Below, in pieces: positions 57,699 to 64,000 of a stretch of 64,000 nt of DNA. Each line of letters begins with the position of its first letter. The stretch's first letter is position 1. The notes under the pieces are model-generated. The model saw only the letters and a program-made list of their open reading frames with translations, was not told where the DNA came from and searched no databases. The DNA comes from Acidimicrobiia bacterium (GTDB taxonomy: Bacteria > Actinomycetota > Acidimicrobiia > Spongiisociales > ZC4RG35): contig OZ244034.1 of assembly GCA_965215185.1 (NCBI GenBank), positions 1,439,569 through 1,503,568 on the forward strand, read 5' to 3'. A program made the translations under genes and the position numbers.

Positions 57699-58673
57699 GT
57701 GAGAGCTGTCGTTTGCACCGCCTGGGAAGGACCGTCCGCATTGCAGACTCGGGACGTCCCCGACCCGACGCCCGGTCCCGGACAGGTCAAAATCGCTCTG
57801 GGAGGGTCGGGACTCAATTTCGCCGACATCTTGATGGTGTCGGGGCTCTATCAGGTAAGGCCTGATCCTCCTTTCATCCCCGGCTTCGAGGGAGCGGGGA
57901 CCGTAACCGACGTGGGGCCGGAAGTGGACTCGGTGAAGGTGGGAGACCGGGTGATGGTCTTTGCCGGGATGGGGTGTTACGCCGAAGCAGTGATCGCCGA
58001 CGCCTCCCGTACCGCCCCGTCGCCGGAGAACCTGAGCGATACCGATGCTGCGGTCTTCATGACCGCTTACGGCACCTCCTACCACGCCCTGGTTGATCGA
58101 GGGGCTTTGGCCGCCAACGAGAACGTGGTGGTATTGGGCGCAGCGGGAGGAGTGGGGATCGCCGCCGTACAGATCGCCAAGCTACTGGGATGCCGAGTGG
58201 CGGCGGCCGTGTCCTCGGACCGAAAGGCGGAATTCGTCTTGGAACATGGGGCAGATGTCGCCATTCGATACGACCGAGACGATCTGCGGGCCGCGATTCG
58301 CAATTTCACCGAGGGGCAGGGGGCGGATGTGGTCTACGATCCAGTGGGAGGATCCGCCACCGAAACAGCGTTTCGCTCGCTCGGCTGGAACGGGCGGTTG
58401 CTGGTGGTGGGCTTCGCCGCCGGGAAAATCCCCCGCCTTCCGCTCAACCTGCCGCTGCTCAAGTCGGCCTCGGCCGTGGGAGTGTTCTGGGGCGACTTCG
58501 TGGAACGCTTTCCCGATCACAACCGGGCCAATCTCGCCCGGCTCCAAGAGTGGTGCGAGCAGGATCTGATCCGCCCTCATGTGGACCGCGTGTTCCCCTT
58601 CGAGGAAGCACCCGCCGCGCTTAACTACCTGGCGCAGCGCCGAGTCGTGGGACGGGCCTGTCTAGCTCCGTAA
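57699..58673 (+). CDS. NADPH:quinone reductase / zinc-type alcohol dehydrogenase-like oxidoreductase
   Basis: MDR superfamily layout with GAAGGVGIAAVQIAK nucleotide-binding motif. Confidence 0.75.
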   Translation: MRAVVCTAWEGPSALQTRDVPDPTPGPGQVKIALGGSGLNFADILMVSGLYQVRPDPPFIPGFEGAGTVTDVGPEVDSVKVGDRVMVFAGMGCYAEAVIADASRTAPSPENLSDTDAAVFMTAYGTSYHALVDRGALAANENVVVLGAAGGVGIAAVQIAKLLGCRVAAAVSSDRKAEFVLEHGADVAIRYDRDDLRAAIRNFTEGQGADVVYDPVGGSATETAFRSLGWNGRLLVVGFAAGKIPRLPLNLPLLKSASAVGVFWGDFVERFPDHNRANLARLQEWCEQDLIRPHVDRVFPFEEAPAALNYLAQRRVVGRACLAP

Positions 58674-58742
58674 GGAGACTCTCCCCTGCTGGCTCCGTGA
58701 GGACTCGATAGTGAATAGCAATTTGATAGCATATTACAGTAG

Positions 58743-61109
58743 GTGGCAGTGTCCATTCGTAGTAACGGGGTATCGCAAGGTTTTCTAGCACTGGTGTTGA
58801 CAGTCTCGATTGTGGTTCCGGCCACGTTCGTCTTCGCCGACAGCGGCTTCTCTGATCTTGACGAAGCGGTTTCACATCGCTCAGCGGTAGAAACACTGGC
58901 CAAAGAAGGAATCCTGACCGGTACCGAGTGTGCTCCCGGAGAGTTCTGTCCCAACGATCCCCTGGAACGGTGGGTCATGGCAGTGTGGCTCGTCCGGATA
59001 CTGGACAGAACCGACTCCGACCCATCATCCACCCGTTTCACTGATGTCGATCACGACCAATGGTGGGTCCCCTATGTCGAACGCCTAGCGGTACTGGGGA
59101 TCACGGTGGGCTGTGCAACTAACCCCGCTCGGTACTGCCCTCACGACAATGTCACGCGCGGGCAGGTGGCCACCTTCCTCACCCGCGCCTTCGAACTCGA
59201 CCCATCGTCACCGTTCGGCTTCACCGACATTGAGGGCAACACCCACAAAACCAACATCGACGCGCTGGTCGCCGCCGGTATCACCGTGGGCTGTGATACC
59301 AACCCTGCCCGGTACTGTCCCGACGAAACCGTCACGCGGGGACAGATGGCCACCTTCCTCACCCGCGCCATCAACACCGCTTCGCCTTCTGTGGAGGGCG
59401 ATTACCGAGACGGCCCGTGGTTGGATTCCCGAGACCATGAGGTGGTGGTGAGGTCCTTCCGGCAGGAATTCAAACGGGAGGAACCAGACCCGCATTTCAC
59501 CGGCAACGCCAACGAATGTGACGCCGGGACAACCAGCCAGGATTTCCGGGACAGCGTGGTAAGCCGGGTCAACTGGTATCGGCGGATTGCCGGTCTGGGC
59601 ACCGTCACTGAGCGGGCACAGCTTTCGGCTGCCGCTCAACAAGCCGCGTTGATGATGGCCGCCCACAGAGATCTTTCGCACAGGCCGAGCAGGACATGGA
59701 CATGCTACACACCATCGGGCGCGTCAGCAGCCGCCAACAGCAACCTCACCATCGGCAGTTTTGGAATAGAGGCCGTTAACGACTACATGCATGACGCAGG
59801 GAAAAACAGCTTAGAAGTTGGCAACCGCCATTGGATCCTCTATCCGCGTCTACTCGAGATTGGCACCGGCGACTTCCCATCTGATTACCCATACATCTCC
59901 GGCAGCAACGTCCTGTATGTGATTGGCGAAACATTCGGGGCATCTCGTCCTGATGTCCGTGAGCCACGTGGCTTTGTGGCATGGCCGCCCCCAGGCTACG
60001 TGCCCGTCGATACAGTTTGGGGCCATTGGTCATTCCATTTGGAGGGCGCCAACTTCGATACGGCAACCGTCAGGGTTGAACACGAACAAGGCCCCGTCCC
60101 GGTCAAGATCATCTCCCGGAGCACAAGGACAGGCGCTCCCGAGTCGGCACTGGTTTGGGCAGTGCATGGAGCCACCGACTCCTTGCCCCTCCCGAGGACT
60201 CAAGGAAGTGATTCCTGCTACAAGATAACCGTCGAAAACGTATATGTCTCGGGAGTGGCCGAGAAGCCATACCAATACGCAACCTGCCTGCTTGACATCA
60301 GCAAGGACACCACCAGACCCATGAATCCCGCCATAGAGAGCCTTGCCTGGTCTCGGGACGGCAGGACCATCGCCTACCTCAGCGACGGGATTTGGACAAT
60401 CAATATCGATGGCGCCAACCAACGGCTATTCCTTCTGGAGAGATTCTCTTTCGCCTGGTCTCCGGATGGCAGCACCATCGCCTATGGCACCGACGGCATC
60501 TGGACCATCAACACCGACGGCACGGACCAACGACAACTCACCACCGATGGATTCCTGCCAGTTTGGTCTCCAGACAGCACCCGCATCATCTATCGCCTCC
60601 CGGGAGGGGGACTGGCCGCCATAGATGGTGACGGCGCCAACCAACAGCAACTCGCCACCGCCGGGCTGGATCAGGCATGGTCCCCGAACGCCGCAAGCAT
60701 TGCCTACGGCCTCTGGGAAGAGGGAATCTGGACCATGAACACCGACGGAACCAACCAACAACAACTCACCACCGACGGATCCAACCCCACCTGGTCACCA
60801 ACCGGCACCCAAATCGCCTACACCAACAACAACCAGATCTGGACCATGAACACCGACGGAACCAACCAACAACAACTCACCACCGACGGATCCAACCCCA
60901 CCTGGTCACCAACCGGCACCCAAATCGCCTACACCAACAACAACCAGATCTGGACCATGAACACCGACGGAACCAACCAACAACAACTCACCACCGACGG
61001 ATCCAACCCCACCTGGTCACCAACCGGCACCCAAATCGCCTACACCAACAACAACCAGATCTGGACCATGAACACCGACGGAACCAACCAACAACAACTC
61101 ACGAAATGA
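58743..61109 (+). CDS. Secreted multidomain surface protein: 3 SLH domains, CAP/SCP-like domain, PD40/TolB-type beta-propeller repeats
   Basis: Signal peptide; three FTD-D...VTRGQ/MATFL SLH-like repeats; PD40-like repeats (DGxxIAY...IWTxNxDG); C-terminus is 3.4 perfect copies of a 37-aa repeat. Confidence 0.65.
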   Translation: MAVSIRSNGVSQGFLALVLTVSIVVPATFVFADSGFSDLDEAVSHRSAVETLAKEGILTGTECAPGEFCPNDPLERWVMAVWLVRILDRTDSDPSSTRFTDVDHDQWWVPYVERLAVLGITVGCATNPARYCPHDNVTRGQVATFLTRAFELDPSSPFGFTDIEGNTHKTNIDALVAAGITVGCDTNPARYCPDETVTRGQMATFLTRAINTASPSVEGDYRDGPWLDSRDHEVVVRSFRQEFKREEPDPHFTGNANECDAGTTSQDFRDSVVSRVNWYRRIAGLGTVTERAQLSAAAQQAALMMAAHRDLSHRPSRTWTCYTPSGASAAANSNLTIGSFGIEAVNDYMHDAGKNSLEVGNRHWILYPRLLEIGTGDFPSDYPYISGSNVLYVIGETFGASRPDVREPRGFVAWPPPGYVPVDTVWGHWSFHLEGANFDTATVRVEHEQGPVPVKIISRSTRTGAPESALVWAVHGATDSLPLPRTQGSDSCYKITVENVYVSGVAEKPYQYATCLLDISKDTTRPMNPAIESLAWSRDGRTIAYLSDGIWTINIDGANQRLFLLERFSFAWSPDGSTIAYGTDGIWTINTDGTDQRQLTTDGFLPVWSPDSTRIIYRLPGGGLAAIDGDGANQQQLATAGLDQAWSPNAASIAYGLWEEGIWTMNTDGTNQQQLTTDGSNPTWSPTGTQIAYTNNNQIWTMNTDGTNQQQLTTDGSNPTWSPTGTQIAYTNNNQIWTMNTDGTNQQQLTTDGSNPTWSPTGTQIAYTNNNQIWTMNTDGTNQQQLTK
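60726..61106 (+). repeat. Perfect tandem repeat, 111-bp unit, 3 full copies plus a partial one, inside the surface-protein gene
   Basis: Unit atctggaccatgaacaccgacggaaccaaccaacaacaactcaccaccgacggatccaaccccacctggtcaccaaccggcacccaaatcgcctacaccaacaacaaccag starts at 60726, 60837, 60948 and 61059. Confidence 0.9.
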
Positions 61110-61184
61110 GCCAGAACGTCAGGTTGATGGAAGACGCTTTTTCGCTAACCAGCCCGGGGCAGCGCTGCCCCGACTGGCCGCACG

Positions 61185-61517
61185 TCATTCGAGCCCGAGC
61201 GAGTCGCCACCGGCCATCCGGCGCGCTTCTTCGATAGCTTCAGCGCGGTCTCCTGCGGTAACCCGGGCCCGGTCGGTGAGGAGGGTCACCTGGTTGTTCA
61301 CCACCTGCATGAACCCGCCGTGGACGGCAATGGTGGTCCGCTGATCACCGTCGTGGTCGATCAAAACCGCACCGGCCGACAGGGCGGCCATCAACGGCTC
61401 GTGTCCCGCCAGGATCCCGATCTCGCCCTCGGTGGTGCGAGCCACCAAGAAGTCGGCCTCCCCCGACCAGAGGGTCCCCTCCGGTGAGACCACGTCGACA
61501 CTGAAAGGACTGGCCAC
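61185..61517 (-). CDS. atpC: F0F1 ATP synthase subunit epsilon
   Basis: GTG start at 61517 right after the atpD stop; VASPFSVDVVSPEG...ILAGHEPLMAAL pattern typical of epsilon. Confidence 0.75.
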   Translation of the reverse strand: MASPFSVDVVSPEGTLWSGEADFLVARTTEGEIGILAGHEPLMAALSAGAVLIDHDGDQRTTIAVHGGFMQVVNNQVTLLTDRARVTAGDRAEAIEEARRMAGGDSLGLE

Positions 61518-61519
61518 GG

Positions 61520-63855
<2,336 letters not shown>

Positions 63856-63867
63856 AGGCGGTCTCTC

Positions 63868-64000
63868 TCAATCTCCCGAACGGAAGCTCTCGGCGAACGC
63901 GGCAATCGCCGCGTCGAGAGTCTCGATGTCGGGAAGTGCCCCGGTTTCCGCAATTCCGCGCAGAACGTGCCCATGACGGCGGCGCATGTGCCCGGTCAAT
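63868..64000 (-). CDS. atpA: F0F1 ATP synthase subunit alpha (3'-terminal fragment; gene runs off the window)
   Basis: Minus-strand frame ending ...ETLDAAIAAFAESFRSGD* with stop at 63868, just upstream of atpG. Confidence 0.6.
   Translation of the reverse strand, partial: LTGHMRRRHGHVLRGIAETGALPDIETLDAAIAAFAESFRSGD

Overview
This window is a high-GC chromosome segment that looks actinobacterial. The supporting content is WhiB, F420 cofD/cofE, the histidine-phosphatase/DUF3090/SCO1664 trio, acyl-CoA carboxylase alpha/beta (AccA/AccD-type; gene names not assigned), and an RNase H / zinc-ribbon / Nif3 cluster. Most of the window is core metabolism: a split mannitol PTS (EIIC, EIIB, EIIA, mtlD) near ptsI and ptsH, an acyl-CoA synthetase, PGI, BirA, a Liv-type ABC transporter, two sigma factors and the atpCDGA tail.

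Between about 23.0 and 33.7 kb lies a roughly 10.5 kb horizontally acquired island with patchy lower GC, next to tRNA-Val(TAC). It holds a frameshifted tyrosine integrase, decayed IS30 and IS1 transposases, two inverted TnpB 3' fragments and a Dam methyltransferase fragment. Its cargo comprises a Fic protein, a small operon encoding a membrane protein and a minimal nucleotidyltransferase with a large uncharacterised C-terminal domain, and a non-coding stretch with six perfect copies of the 13-mer GGACACCACAATT around a small ORF.

Other points of interest are:
- an Enzyme I with a C-terminal acylphosphatase domain;
- an ECF sigma factor fused to a catalytically degenerate LMW-PTP/ArsC domain;
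- a near-perfect 1188-bp in-frame internal duplication in a substrate-binding protein;
- perfect 111-bp tandem repeats at the 3' end of an SLH/CAP/PD40 surface protein;
- a tandem pair of paralogous membrane-protein genes with conserved long leaders.
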